DNA of 64,000 nt. Origin: Candidatus Tayloriibacteriota bacterium (GTDB lineage: Bacteria; Patescibacteriota; Minisyncoccia; Phycocordibacterales; CAIRYW01). The stretch spans positions 71,262 through 135,261 of the forward strand of contig JAQBQZ010000007.1 in the NCBI GenBank assembly GCA_028286725.1, in the 5' to 3' direction. The notes below the pieces were generated by a model that made no database searches, was not told where the DNA came from, and saw only the letters and a list, made by a program, of their open reading frames with translations. Both the position numbers and the translations under genes were made by a program. Of this stretch, positions 28,365-39,086 are shown one piece after another. The first letter of the stretch is position 1. The number at the start of each line of letters is the position of its first letter.

Positions 28365-28390
28365 CTATCAATCAGTATAAAAATAAATCT

Positions 28391-29359
28391 ATGAACAACA
28401 ACAATAATAATCTCGCAGGTGTCATTATAGGTGCGGTCATCGTGATCGTCGCTATAGGTGGAGTCTTCTGGTATCAAAATGAAAAAGTGGTAAATGATAC
28501 TAATGCTAATGGAGGATCACTCTATGTCGGCATTACTGATGCAACAATGGATATAAAGAATGTTGATGAGGTGAATATGGAAGTGAAGAAAGTGGAGCTA
28601 CACAGCGCCACAAACGGTTGGGTGACAGCGTCGTCTGACTCTAAGTCTTATAATCTTTTGGCTTTGAATGCAGAGGGCAAGACCGAACTCTACGCAAAGA
28701 CAAAGGTGGTTGCGGGAACCTATGACAGAGTTCGAGTAACACTCGGAGATACTGTAGTAAAGACAAAGTCTAATGGCAATGTCAAAGCATATTCTCCTTC
28801 AAACCAAGTGGTTATGAATATGAAAGTGAATGTAAAGAGCGAAGGTGATAGTCAGGTAAGTCTTGATTTCCTTGCTGACAAGTCTCTTCATGTAACATCT
28901 GACAATAAATACGTGTTCGCACCAGTTGTGAATGCAAAGTCAGAGAGTGGTGCAAACGTAGCGGTAGACAATGACAGTAATGCTGTCGAATCTACAGGAG
29001 GTTCTGCAGACAGCTCTGTGAGTGTAGGAGTTGATATTGATGGTACTTCACGATCAGACTTCAGCCTCAACACTGGAGCAGATCTAAAGGTGGATGATTC
29101 TATCACAGGAGGTGTAAACTTCCTCCTTGGCGGCAAAACTTACAAAAATAATGGAGCTGACCAAGAATCTACAAATGGAAGTGCTGATGCAAATACTAAT
29201 GTAAATGCAAACGGTACTACAAACACAGGAACAAATGGAAATACAAATTCAGGTGTGAATGCTAACGTGAATGTAAATGCAGGTGCAAATGCGGGCACTA
29301 ATTCAAATAGCGGAAGCGGAGCGCTGAATGTAAATGGAGTATTGAAGGCGGGGTATTAA
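28391..29359 (+). CDS. DUF4382-domain membrane-anchored protein with Asn/Gly-rich low-complexity tail
   Basis: Poly-Asn N-terminus then TM; YVGITDATMDI...VKKVELHSATNGWVT...GTYDRVRVTLGD pattern of DUF4382; C-terminal NANG/NTGT repeats. Confidence 0.55.
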   Translation: MNNNNNNLAGVIIGAVIVIVAIGGVFWYQNEKVVNDTNANGGSLYVGITDATMDIKNVDEVNMEVKKVELHSATNGWVTASSDSKSYNLLALNAEGKTELYAKTKVVAGTYDRVRVTLGDTVVKTKSNGNVKAYSPSNQVVMNMKVNVKSEGDSQVSLDFLADKSLHVTSDNKYVFAPVVNAKSESGANVAVDNDSNAVESTGGSADSSVSVGVDIDGTSRSDFSLNTGADLKVDDSITGGVNFLLGGKTYKNNGADQESTNGSADANTNVNANGTTNTGTNGNTNSGVNANVNVNAGANAGTNSNSGSGALNVNGVLKAGY

Positions 29360-29381
29360 GAAAAGGAAGATAAATAAAATT

Positions 29382-29419
29382 AAAGGCGGGGCAGCTACGC
29401 TGCCCCGCCTTTAATTTTG
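29382..29419 (+). terminator. Rho-independent terminator
   Basis: aaaggcggggcagc-tacg-gctgccccgccttt (14-bp stem) followed by aatttt. Confidence 0.8.
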
Positions 29420-29481
29420 CCCGAGACTTCCATATATGCTAAAATATCTTTAATTATATTAATATTTGTTATTTTATTTAC

Positions 29482-29715
29482 ATGTTTAAAGGAAAATTAT
29501 TTTTATTTATAAAAGAAAACGTTGCATTCTTGATTGGACTTATTTTTATGCTCGTTTTGGGACTTGTTATGGGATATCTTCTTTCTGGAGGAAGTCATCA
29601 CAAGAAGTCATATCAAAAGAACCATTATGGAACTACAAAAACTGCTTCATCTACTGTAGCAACAACGACATCGACGGCTGCTTCAACAACTGTCACTGTG
29701 CACATAGGAAATTAA
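29482..29715 (+). CDS. Small membrane protein with Thr/Ser-rich tail
   Basis: One TM helix; ST-rich low-complexity C-terminus. Confidence 0.35.
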   Translation: MFKGKLFLFIKENVAFLIGLIFMLVLGLVMGYLLSGGSHHKKSYQKNHYGTTKTASSTVATTTSTAASTTVTVHIGN

Positions 29716-29725
29716 AGATCTTAAA

Positions 29726-31144
29726 ATGAATCCCAATCCTAATATTTCACCATGGCTCTATCAACTCAAGCGCACTCGTCCTGTTGATATTATTTCTGGG
29801 GACCTTACAACTGATATTGTGGTTGTGGGCGGTGGAATTTCGGGAATCATGACAGCGTATTTTCTTCTTAAGCATACAAATCGTGAAATAACACTCGTTG
29901 AAGGCAGCAAAGTAGCTCATGGTGCGACAGGTCACAATGCAGGACAGATTGTTTCTGAATTTGAGCGACCATTCACTGATTTAGTGCGAGAATATGGACT
30001 TCAAAAAGCAGTTGATGCCGAAGAAAATACATTATACTCATGGGTGCTTCTCGATGAGATTTATGCTGAAGCAAAACTGCAGACACCTCTTTCGTCGTTT
30101 ATGGGATACAACGGCTACAAGCATCGAGCGCATGTCGTAGATGCGCTTAAAGCAAATTTACTCCGACAATATGCGGGAACTGTTACAAATCCTGTCTATA
30201 TTGCGAAGGAATGGCTTCTACGAAACAAACTCCCTGAAGAATTTAAGGATCTTTTTCAAACTGTGCCTCAGTCAGACATTCTTTCGCTTCTCGAAACTGA
30301 AAACACAGAATATATATGTGCGACTGCGCTCAAAAAAGGTTGTGTGAACAGCGCGCTTCTTTCTGAAGAGATCGTTGGGTATCTTTTGGCGACATTCAAG
30401 GCCCGGTTTAGACTGTTTGAACACACATCGGTAGCACTCGCATCTTTAAACAAAGACAATGTAAATCTTGCCGTGATGACAAATAGAAAAGATGGCAATC
30501 CAGAAGAAGGATATCAAATGCATTGCAATCAGGTCATTCTTTGTACAAATGGGTTTGAAAGAATCAGAATCAAAAATAATTCAGGTGATGAGATTGATGC
30601 AAAATTCCATCATATGGTAAATGGTGACATTGGCTATATGGCGGCCTACATCGAAGACTTGAATCATCCGCCTACTGCGCTTGGATATTATGATCAAGAT
30701 GAAACTGATTCAGTGAATATTGATGCCTATAATGATATTCCATATGTGTACAAGACGAGACGGCCATATGAACTGGAGAAAAACGAAATGCATAATCTCA
30801 TTTGCATTGGCGGACCAGAACAGCAGGTGGCAGAGACGCAGGATTATGACCGGTATGCACCATTCATAAAAGAAAAAGGCGAGATCATCGATGACTTTGT
30901 GCGAAAAAATGTGTTGAACCATAAAGATAAAACACTTGAATACAAATTCAAGTGGCATGGCATTATGTGCTACACGCCATCTAATATGAGAGTGGTAGGT
31001 AGCGAGCCAAAAAACCCTTTGCTTTATTACAATTTGGGCTGCAATGGAGTAGGGATCATGACTTCTATATTTGGCGGATACAAGATTGCAAAAATGTTTG
31101 TGGGAGAAAAGTTTGCACCATCGATTTTTGATCCGAAGAAATAA
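29726..31144 (+). CDS. FAD-dependent oxidoreductase (DAO-like)
   Basis: N-terminal dinucleotide-binding DIVVVGGGISGIMTAYFL; 472 aa. Confidence 0.55.
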   Translation: MNPNPNISPWLYQLKRTRPVDIISGDLTTDIVVVGGGISGIMTAYFLLKHTNREITLVEGSKVAHGATGHNAGQIVSEFERPFTDLVREYGLQKAVDAEENTLYSWVLLDEIYAEAKLQTPLSSFMGYNGYKHRAHVVDALKANLLRQYAGTVTNPVYIAKEWLLRNKLPEEFKDLFQTVPQSDILSLLETENTEYICATALKKGCVNSALLSEEIVGYLLATFKARFRLFEHTSVALASLNKDNVNLAVMTNRKDGNPEEGYQMHCNQVILCTNGFERIRIKNNSGDEIDAKFHHMVNGDIGYMAAYIEDLNHPPTALGYYDQDETDSVNIDAYNDIPYVYKTRRPYELEKNEMHNLICIGGPEQQVAETQDYDRYAPFIKEKGEIIDDFVRKNVLNHKDKTLEYKFKWHGIMCYTPSNMRVVGSEPKNPLLYYNLGCNGVGIMTSIFGGYKIAKMFVGEKFAPSIFDPKK

Positions 31145-31192
31145 AAAATAATTAACTTTCTAAGTTTTAAAATATTTTTTCTTAAAAATACG

Positions 31193-31239
31193 AAAATGGA
31201 GTCGCACCCGAAGGGTGCGACTCCATTTTCAGTTTTTTT
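31193..31239 (+). terminator. Rho-independent terminator
   Basis: aaaatggagtcgcaccc-gaa-gggtgcgactccatttt followed by cagttttttt. Confidence 0.8.
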
Positions 31240-31508
31240 GAGAGGAAGGCTGTTTAAAATTTATTTTTCTCTCCTCGAATCGAACCGCAAATTAAGCCTC
31301 CTTTGGGGGTTCACTTGAAGCTGGTTTTCTTTTGTGTTGGGATGTGTTTTTGGTCGATTTTCACTATGCAATCCACTTTTTTTTAAGGTAAAATAGTAAG
31401 CGAATCATATTAAAAGTACTTTTCGAAGTTTTATAAGGAGACGATTGTAATCAAAAATTTGTTATCGTCTTTTTATATGACTCCGGATGAATTAAAATTT
31501 ATAAAACA

Positions 31509-34325
31509 ATGAGCATATCAATTACAAAGTTTGACGGTACAAAAGTTCCTTTCAACGCAGACAAGATCAACAAATCTATCGAGCGAGCATGTCAGGGACT
31601 TATGGATCCAATCTCGATGGTGACACAGATCGCGACAGAAACAGAGCTTACGCTCTATGACGGTATCACGACAAACGAGATGGATCAGGCGACCATCAAT
31701 GCTGCGCTTCAGAACGTGAAGGATGATATTGCTTATGACAAGGTTGCAACGAGACTTCTCCTCAAAACTATCTATCGAAAGGTGGTAGGAGAGTATGACA
31801 AGGACAATGATGATGATCTCGATCTCAAACATCAGGCAGGATTCGTTGAGTTCGTCAAAAAAGGTGTTGTTGATGGAAAGCTTGATCCGCGAATGGTAGA
31901 AAAGTTCGACCTCAAAGAACTTTCAAAGGCTCTCAATATCGAACGAGATGATCTTTTTCAGTACGCCGGACTTTCAACATTTGAAAACCGATACGCGCTG
32001 AAGAACATGGATCAGACTCCAAGAGAAACTCCTCAGTACTTCTTTATGCGTGTTGCAATGGGACTCTCTTACAACGAAGAGAATCCAACTCTCTGGGCAA
32101 AAAGATTTTACAACAAGATGTCTCGATTCGAGTATATTGCAGGAGGATCAACAAACCTTGGAGCTGGAACGATCAATCCTGCGCTCTCAAACTGTTTTCT
32201 TCTTGAGATTCAGGATGATATGAACAACATCGCAAAGTCTGTTGCAGATGTAATGCTTCTCTCAAAAGGATCAGGAGGTATTGGAGCATCAGTAACAAAA
32301 CTCCGAGCAACAGGTTCACCTCTCAAATCAAACAATGGTGTCTCAACAGGACCTACTCCTTTTGCAAAGATCATCGATACTGCGATCCGTGCGATTCAAA
32401 GAGGTGGCAAGAAAAAAGGCGCGCTCGCATTCTATATGGAGAACTGGCACTGTGATTTTCCTGATTTTATTGATTGGAAGCACAACGCTGGAGATGATTA
32501 CCTTCGAATGAGAACGGCAAACACTGCTGCATATATTTCTGACGAATTCATGAAGCGTGTAAAGACTAATGCTCCATGGTATATGTTTGACCCTGCAGAA
32601 ACACCAGATCTTTGTGAACTGTATGGTAATGCATTCAGTCTTCGATATGCAGAATATGTAGAACTAGGTAAGCAAGGACAGCTTCGAGTATTCAAGCAGG
32701 TGCCAGCTACAGAACTTTTCCGAAAGATGCTCATTTCTCTTCAGACAACAGCACATCCTTGGATCACTTGGAAGGACAACATCAACCTTCGAGCAATGAA
32801 CAACAATACAGGCACTATTCATATGTCGAACCTCTGTACAGAGATCTGTCTTCCACAGGACAAAGATAATATCGCGGTGTGTAACCTCGCGTCTTTGAAT
32901 CTTGCAGTACACGTCGTGAACAAAGAGATCAATTGGGGTAAGCTCGAAGAATCTGTACGACTCGCGATCCGACAGCTCGATAACTTGATCGACATCAATG
33001 TGCTTCCAGTACCAGAAGCGGTCAAATCTGACAGCGAGAACCGAGCTGTAGGACTTGGAGTGATGGGTGTTGCAGATGCTCTTGAGAAAATGGGACTTCC
33101 ATACGAGAGTGCTCCTGCATACGACTTCATCGACAGAATTTTTGAATTCATAAGTTATATGTCATACGACGAGAGTGCAAACCTTGCAGTTACAAGAGGA
33201 AGCTACAAACACTTCGAAGGATCAATGTGGTCAAAAGGAATGGTGCCATTTGATACTCTTGATGTTATGGAGAGAGACCGAGGAGTGAAGGTAACAGTAT
33301 CAAGAGAAAGTAAGCATCGAGGATTGAACTGGGATGTGCTTCGAGCAAAGGTCAAGAAAGGAATGCGAAATGCAACACTTCTCGCGACTGCGCCAAATGC
33401 AAACATTGGACTCATCGCAGCGACAACTCCTGGAGTTGATCCACGATTCGCACAGGTGTTCTCTCGAAACAAGATCTCTGGAAAATATCTCGATATCAAT
33501 CATAACCTTGTAAAGGATTTGAAGAACCTTGGACTTTGGGAAGAAGTAAAAGAAAAGATCGTAGAATTCCAGGGAGATATTTCAGGTATCACAGAAATCC
33601 CAGATCATATCAAAGCAATCTACAAAACATCTTTCACAACTTCTGCATACGCATTCATCGAAGTTGCAGCCCGAGCACAGAAATGGATGGATCAGGCGAT
33701 CTCTCGAAACATGTATCTCGATACACGAGACATTGATGAGACAATGAAGATCTACATGACGGCGTGGGAAAAGGGTGTGAAGAGTACATATTACCTCCAC
33801 ATGAAGCCACGACACACAGCAGAACAAAGTACTGTGAATGTAAACAAATCTTCAATGACAGGAAAGGTAGGATTCGGAGCATTGAAGCGTGTGGCAGAAG
33901 TAAAGACTAATGACGAGTCAGAGCTTTTAGCAGACTCAGCACCAATTACAATGACGGTTGAAGCTGAGATACCTGTAATGCAGCCGGTAGCGCATGTAGC
34001 ACCTGTTCAGCACGCAGTTCCAGCATATGTTGCTCCACAGCATGTTCCACAAATGGCATACGTGGCTCCAGTATCATATGCAGCACCAGAGCCAGTTTCT
34101 GTTCCGGCATCAATTCAACCTTCGCTTGATATCGATCGACTTCGATCAATCAATGAACCAGTTCGAAGTGCGGCACCAGCTTATGAGGCACCGCGAGGAG
34201 GATTTTCTGAAGTTTCTAGAGGAGGCTTTTCAGAGGTCAAACCAAAACCAAAAGTAATCTTCGCAGGAGCAAAGACTTGCCCTACAGATCCAGCAGAACT
34301 CGCTCAGTGCGATAGTTGTCAGTAA
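31509..34325 (+). CDS. nrdA: Ribonucleotide reductase class Ia alpha subunit with N-terminal ATP-cone and a repeat-containing C-terminal tail
   Basis: ATP-cone-like ITKFDGTKVPF...KINKSIERA; catalytic core motifs (NLCTEI, PGVDPRFAQ); C-terminal CPTD...CDSCQ redox cysteines; duplicated RGGFSEVS unit and Pro/Ala/Val-rich tail. Confidence 0.8.
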   Translation: MSISITKFDGTKVPFNADKINKSIERACQGLMDPISMVTQIATETELTLYDGITTNEMDQATINAALQNVKDDIAYDKVATRLLLKTIYRKVVGEYDKDNDDDLDLKHQAGFVEFVKKGVVDGKLDPRMVEKFDLKELSKALNIERDDLFQYAGLSTFENRYALKNMDQTPRETPQYFFMRVAMGLSYNEENPTLWAKRFYNKMSRFEYIAGGSTNLGAGTINPALSNCFLLEIQDDMNNIAKSVADVMLLSKGSGGIGASVTKLRATGSPLKSNNGVSTGPTPFAKIIDTAIRAIQRGGKKKGALAFYMENWHCDFPDFIDWKHNAGDDYLRMRTANTAAYISDEFMKRVKTNAPWYMFDPAETPDLCELYGNAFSLRYAEYVELGKQGQLRVFKQVPATELFRKMLISLQTTAHPWITWKDNINLRAMNNNTGTIHMSNLCTEICLPQDKDNIAVCNLASLNLAVHVVNKEINWGKLEESVRLAIRQLDNLIDINVLPVPEAVKSDSENRAVGLGVMGVADALEKMGLPYESAPAYDFIDRIFEFISYMSYDESANLAVTRGSYKHFEGSMWSKGMVPFDTLDVMERDRGVKVTVSRESKHRGLNWDVLRAKVKKGMRNATLLATAPNANIGLIAATTPGVDPRFAQVFSRNKISGKYLDINHNLVKDLKNLGLWEEVKEKIVEFQGDISGITEIPDHIKAIYKTSFTTSAYAFIEVAARAQKWMDQAISRNMYLDTRDIDETMKIYMTAWEKGVKSTYYLHMKPRHTAEQSTVNVNKSSMTGKVGFGALKRVAEVKTNDESELLADSAPITMTVEAEIPVMQPVAHVAPVQHAVPAYVAPQHVPQMAYVAPVSYAAPEPVSVPASIQPSLDIDRLRSINEPVRSAAPAYEAPRGGFSEVSRGGFSEVKPKPKVIFAGAKTCPTDPAELAQCDSCQ

Positions 34326-34377
34326 TACCTCAATAGTTTATAGTTATCCCACTTATAATTTAATTTAATATTCCACA

Positions 34378-35379
34378 ATGACACTTATCGGAAAACCGTC
34401 ACCAGAAGATGTAAACCTGCACCCGCTACGATATCAATGGGCATATGATCTCTACAATCAGGCTGTTCGAAACACATGGTTCCCGCACGAAATCGCACTC
34501 AAGGAAGACCTCGCAGACTTCGAAAAAATGACAGAAGACGAACGACATGCGGTGAAATTCGTGATGGCATTCTTCAACCCTGGAGAGCTCATTGTGAACC
34601 GTGTACTCGCGCTCGGAGTGTATCCATACTTGAAGTCGCCTGAATGTCACCTCTATCTTGCGAAGCAGATGTGGGAAGAAGCCAACCACTGTGTAGCTTT
34701 CGAATACGTGCTCGAAACTTTCCCATTTGACCGAGAGACTATTTACAATGTGCACCTCGAAGTAGAATCAATGAAAGCGAAGGAAGCATTCGTGATGAAG
34801 TTCCTCACTCGAATGACAGATGATCGACTCGATATCGAAACGACAGAAGGAAAGAAGGATTTTATTCGAAACCTTGTTGCATACAATATTGTGATGGAAG
34901 GAATCTGGTTCTACTCAGGATTCCTCGTGGCACTTTCTTTCCGACAGCGAAACCAGCTTCGAAACTTCGGCTCTATGATCAACTGGGTACTTCGAGATGA
35001 ATCTCTCCACCTCAAATTCGGTATCAACCTCATTCACAATGTGCTTGAAGAGAATGCAGATCTTTTGACAGAAGAATTTGCAGCAGAAATCCGAGCGATC
35101 ATTATCGAAGGTGTGGCACTCGAAAATGCATACAACAAAGATCTTTTTCCAACAGGGATCCTCGGTTTGAACGCAGACTATGTGAACCAGTATGTGCAGT
35201 ATGTGGCAGATCGACGACTCGAAGAGCTCGGACTTGAAAAGCAATATGGAGTGACTAATCCTGCGAAGTGGATGGCAGGTGCGACGGATGTGTATGAGCT
35301 TGTGAACTTTTTTGAATCACAGAATACGAGTTACGAAGTTGACTCATCTGCGTCAGGATCTCACAAGAAAGCTGAATAG
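34378..35379 (+). CDS. nrdB: Ribonucleotide reductase class I beta (R2) subunit
   Basis: Ferritin-like diiron motifs (EANHCVAFEYVL, MEGIWFYSGF), Tyr-radical region. Confidence 0.8.
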   Translation: MTLIGKPSPEDVNLHPLRYQWAYDLYNQAVRNTWFPHEIALKEDLADFEKMTEDERHAVKFVMAFFNPGELIVNRVLALGVYPYLKSPECHLYLAKQMWEEANHCVAFEYVLETFPFDRETIYNVHLEVESMKAKEAFVMKFLTRMTDDRLDIETTEGKKDFIRNLVAYNIVMEGIWFYSGFLVALSFRQRNQLRNFGSMINWVLRDESLHLKFGINLIHNVLEENADLLTEEFAAEIRAIIIEGVALENAYNKDLFPTGILGLNADYVNQYVQYVADRRLEELGLEKQYGVTNPAKWMAGATDVYELVNFFESQNTSYEVDSSASGSHKKAE

Positions 35380-35515
35380 TTTACTTTAAATTTCGGCGCA
35401 TTTCTTCGTTGTGGCCTCGCGACACTCCCGCAGAGTACATCTGAGTACACCTTGGTCGCGCCACTTCATCCACGCCTCGAACTGCATCCAAAATTTAGAA
35501 GTAAAAAATAAATAT

Positions 35516-36040
35516 ATGAATTTATACTATACAATCACAGGTGGAATTAATGTTGATACCGCACATCAGCTAATTATCTGGATGAACTCACAGATTTATT
35601 CAGGGAGTACACCATCAAAGTTAACCCTTTTTATTTCCTCCACGGGTGGAGATATTGATTCAGCAATAAGAATTTATACATATCTCAAAGGTTTACCAAT
35701 AGAAGTTGAAACTATTGGATTTAGTCAGATTGATTCTGCCGCTAATATAATTTTTTTGGCAGGTAAGAACAGAAAGGTGTTGGACGGATGTCGTTTTTTC
35801 TTACATGAAGGAACTTTTACAATAGGTCACCAGACGGCTATATTGAGACATTTAGAAGAATCTCTTCGTGTTCTTAAAGAGCTATTGGATAGAAGTGTTA
35901 AAATCGTAGCCGCCGAAACCAAAAAAACAAGGGAAGAGATTGCTGATGTTTTTTTGGAAGGAAAAATATATTCTTCATCTGAAGCTTTGGATTTTGGGAT
36001 TGTAACTGAAATAATTGATAAATTGCCTACTGCAATTTAA
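35516..36040 (+). CDS. ClpP/S14-family serine-peptidase-like protein
   Basis: SSTGGDIDSAIRIYTYLKGLP and AANIIFLAGKNR...FFLHEGT resemble the ClpP core; start set at ATG 35516 because the upstream in-frame 35 codons lie in a GC-rich, non-protein-like segment. Confidence 0.45.
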   Translation: MNLYYTITGGINVDTAHQLIIWMNSQIYSGSTPSKLTLFISSTGGDIDSAIRIYTYLKGLPIEVETIGFSQIDSAANIIFLAGKNRKVLDGCRFFLHEGTFTIGHQTAILRHLEESLRVLKELLDRSVKIVAAETKKTREEIADVFLEGKIYSSSEALDFGIVTEIIDKLPTAI

Positions 36041-36079
36041 TTTTAAAATCCACTGAGTGGTATTTATCGCTTCAAAATA

Positions 36080-36865
36080 ATGAAACTAAGAGTTGTTCAA
36101 TGGAATATTGGTGGAGGAAAGATCAGAGATATTGACTCTGACCCGATAAAAACTGTGGGCGCGATCACCAATAGTTATTCTAATGAAGGTCTCGAATATA
36201 TTATTGAAAGGCTCAAGGAATACTCTCCCGATATTATCACTCTTGAGGAAGCTCATGAGGATAGTGCCCGAATTCAAGCCGAAGTAATCGCAAAATCACT
36301 CGGACTTGATTATTGGATAAATGATTTCTATTGTAATTCCCATGTAGAGAAAGGTCAGAAACTTTGCCAGGCTATTATTTCTCGATTTCCGCTCTCGGAT
36401 CATAGTTTTGATCTATTTTATAATCCTCATGCTAGATTCATTACCGAAGCAGGTGAAGAATGGATTTCGCTTGATAAAGGATATTCTTTTGTTGAAGCAG
36501 CTTTACCTAATGATACAAGGCTAGGTATTGGTGTTCTGCATGCAATCCCATTTCGTCGTTTTGGATTAGATTATTCTGGTGACGATACTCAAAAGATCTT
36601 AAAAAATATGGAAGAAGTGATCTTGAAGAAAAGAGTTTTTCCAATGATTTTGGGCGGAGATTTCAATATTAATGATGAGTCACTTAAAACTTATTTTCCA
36701 AACCTCATGTCAAAACTTGATGAAATTATTCTTACAGAACCTACAAATCCAAAAGGTAGAAAATATGACCATATTTTATTTTCGGGTTTAAAATTGAATC
36801 AATTTAATATCCATAGTGATACATTAACTGATCATTATCCGGTTTCTGCAGAATTTGAGATATAG
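36080..36865 (+). CDS. Endonuclease/exonuclease/phosphatase (EEP) family protein
   Basis: N-terminal LRVVQWNIGGG and C-terminal LTDHYPVSAEFEI motifs. Confidence 0.65.
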   Translation: MKLRVVQWNIGGGKIRDIDSDPIKTVGAITNSYSNEGLEYIIERLKEYSPDIITLEEAHEDSARIQAEVIAKSLGLDYWINDFYCNSHVEKGQKLCQAIISRFPLSDHSFDLFYNPHARFITEAGEEWISLDKGYSFVEAALPNDTRLGIGVLHAIPFRRFGLDYSGDDTQKILKNMEEVILKKRVFPMILGGDFNINDESLKTYFPNLMSKLDEIILTEPTNPKGRKYDHILFSGLKLNQFNIHSDTLTDHYPVSAEFEI

Positions 36866-37299
36866 TGAATATTATGACCGCAGAAAACTCAAAACGATTT
36901 ATTGCAATTTTAAATAAAAAAATAGAAGTGGGACGACTCATGAATGCCTTGGGACATATGACTGCAGGACTTTCGGGTGGATTTGGAATTCAAGATCAGA
37001 TGGGATTCATTCCATATATTGACGGAGATGAGGGACTACATCCAAATATCTCAAACTTCGCGTTTATAATCCTCAAAGCCGATAACTCAAATCAGATCCG
37101 AAAGGTGCGTACTGAAGCATTGTCTCGAGGGGTCAAATTCACAGATTTCACACATACAATGATTGTCGGAACTTCAAAAGAACAAATAGAAAGGACCAAA
37201 AATACTAAAGAACTAGATCTTGAGTATTTTGGGATTTGTATGTTTGGCGACTCTGAAGTATTGAAGGAATTTACTAGTAAATTTTCTTTGTTTAATTAG
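36865..37299 (+). CDS. DUF2000-like protein
   Basis: Pattern LMNALGHMTAGLSGG...IILKADNSNQIRKV...RGVKFTDFTHTM resembles DUF2000. Confidence 0.4.
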   Translation: MNIMTAENSKRFIAILNKKIEVGRLMNALGHMTAGLSGGFGIQDQMGFIPYIDGDEGLHPNISNFAFIILKADNSNQIRKVRTEALSRGVKFTDFTHTMIVGTSKEQIERTKNTKELDLEYFGICMFGDSEVLKEFTSKFSLFN

Positions 37300-37378
37300 C
37301 TTTTCGCTGATTTTGTATAAATTGACATAGGGATAGGTACCGATATAATTAATATATAACAATCTAATATAAAATTTT

Positions 37379-38131
37379 ATGCGAGATATTCCAACTGAGG
37401 CCGAGCGAATGGTAATGGAAACTCCAGAAGAGAGTGCCGAAACAGCATCCACTGAAGCAAATAGTGAACAAGTAACCGACGCTCCAGAGGATTCAAAAGA
37501 AAAAATTGAAAGTGATAAAGAGGGTGTTGAGGGGCTTGGAGGCAAAGCTGAAGCAGAAAAATCTCAAGAAGCGTTTGAGCAAAAGAAGGCTGAAAGCGAG
37601 AAAGAGTCTAAGGAAAAAGCTAACGAGATTAGAGAAGAATTACAGCATGCTGGTGAAGAAGTTGATGCTAAAAAAGAAGAAGCCTCGGCCAAGATAGGGG
37701 ATTTGATTACCGAAACTCAAAACAAGAAAATAGAGGTAATTTCTCGTATAGAGAATGAAGTTCATTTCAAAAAGGCTTTTCCTTTTCTTTCAATATTTAA
37801 TTTTTTTGGCATGGCGAGAACAACTGCGAAGACTTTTTATGCTGAAGAATACAGAGCAAAAGTTGATGTAAAAGAAGCGCAGGATGAAAATACCATGTCA
37901 CGTCTCAATGATCGAGAATCTCGACTTCAGGAATTAATCAATGCTGCAGGTAATGAAACAGATCTCGACAAATTGGAGGCAATTTTAGGTCAGCTCAAGT
38001 CATTGTCAGAAGCAGATAATGTTGATAAAAAAGCACTAGAAGAAACAGATCCAAAGAATGAGGAAGTTGTAGTAAAAGATCAACCTAAGAAAAGTGATGA
38101 AGGTAATCAGGGTCAAAAAACTCAAAGCTAA
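37379..38131 (+). CDS. Acidic, Glu/Lys-rich coiled-coil protein
   Basis: Strong E/K compositional bias, predicted alpha-helical. Confidence 0.45.
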   Translation: MRDIPTEAERMVMETPEESAETASTEANSEQVTDAPEDSKEKIESDKEGVEGLGGKAEAEKSQEAFEQKKAESEKESKEKANEIREELQHAGEEVDAKKEEASAKIGDLITETQNKKIEVISRIENEVHFKKAFPFLSIFNFFGMARTTAKTFYAEEYRAKVDVKEAQDENTMSRLNDRESRLQELINAAGNETDLDKLEAILGQLKSLSEADNVDKKALEETDPKNEEVVVKDQPKKSDEGNQGQKTQS

Positions 38132-38226
38132 TCATAGAACATCAAGATCCGCTTAAGTAATAAAAAAATTTAATGTTCAGTATCCTGGATCGTCTTCTCT
38201 TTATATAAGCTAATATAAAGAGAATT

Positions 38227-38439
38227 ATGAAAACAATGACTTGTAGAGAGATGGGTGGGGATTGTGATATGGAGATTAGTGCAGAAACAAGCGCTGAAAT
38301 GGCAAAGAAAATGACTGCTCATGTTATGGAATCGCATCCTGAGGTTGCAGAGAAGATGTCGAGTATGACTGATGCTGAGCATGATGTATGGGAAAATGAG
38401 TTTCATAAGAATTGGGACGCCGCTCCAGAGGAGAAATAA
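38227..38439 (+). CDS. DUF1059 family protein
   Basis: MKTMTCREMGGDCDMEISAETSAEM...HVMESHPE matches the DUF1059 N-terminal motif. Confidence 0.6.
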   Translation: MKTMTCREMGGDCDMEISAETSAEMAKKMTAHVMESHPEVAEKMSSMTDAEHDVWENEFHKNWDAAPEEK

Positions 38440-38507
38440 AACAAAAAATAGTCCGTCAAACGTCATTCCAACATTTGGGAATTGTGGTAATATTGAGTGA
38501 TAAAATT

Positions 38508-39035
38508 ATGGAATATATTGATGTGTTGGATGAGAATGGAAATAATACAGGCGAAGTAAGATCAAGGGACGAAGTTCATGAAAAAGGACTTTGGCATAGG
38601 TCTGTGCATGTATGGTTTGTAAATGAAAATAACGAAGTGCTTTTACAGCTTCGATCTAAATCAAAGGAAATTAATCCTGGATCTTGGGATATCTCAGCTG
38701 CGGGACACGCTGTCGCCGGAGATGAAAGTATTGAGGCTGCGGAGAGGGAAATTTTCGAAGAAATTGGTGTTGTAATTTCCGGAAACCAATTAGTTTTTCT
38801 TGGTCAGATAAAAAAGACCTCGATCCATAAAGATGGGTTGTATATCAATAATCAATTTGATGATATCTATCTTGTAAAAACTAATCTGAAACTATCCGAT
38901 TTTAAATTTAATGATGGGGAAGTTGAGAAGGTGGAATATATCCCACTTGAAACATTAAAGGAATGGGTAAAGAATGGGAAAACTGATTTGGTGCCTCACC
39001 CAGACGAGTACGAACTTTTGTTTAAATCTATATAA
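38508..39035 (+). CDS. NUDIX hydrolase
   Basis: Nudix box AGHAVAGDESIEAAEREIFEEIGV; start at ATG 38508. Confidence 0.7.
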   Translation: MEYIDVLDENGNNTGEVRSRDEVHEKGLWHRSVHVWFVNENNEVLLQLRSKSKEINPGSWDISAAGHAVAGDESIEAAEREIFEEIGVVISGNQLVFLGQIKKTSIHKDGLYINNQFDDIYLVKTNLKLSDFKFNDGEVEKVEYIPLETLKEWVKNGKTDLVPHPDEYELLFKSI

Positions 39036-39086
39036 ATAAAAAACCCGACGGTCGAAACCGAAGGGTGTAAGTGGAATCTCTCGAAA

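Noticed and set aside
31240-31508. NrdR-box operator palindromes upstream of nrdA
   Set aside because: No pair of 16-bp acaCwAtATaTwGtgt-like palindromes was found.
35411-35515. N-terminal 35-codon extension of the ClpP-like gene (MASRHSRRVHLSTPW...)
   Set aside because: It lies in a GC-rich, hairpin-forming segment with Arg/His/Ser low-complexity translation. The downstream ATG 35516 gives a normal ClpP-like N-terminus.
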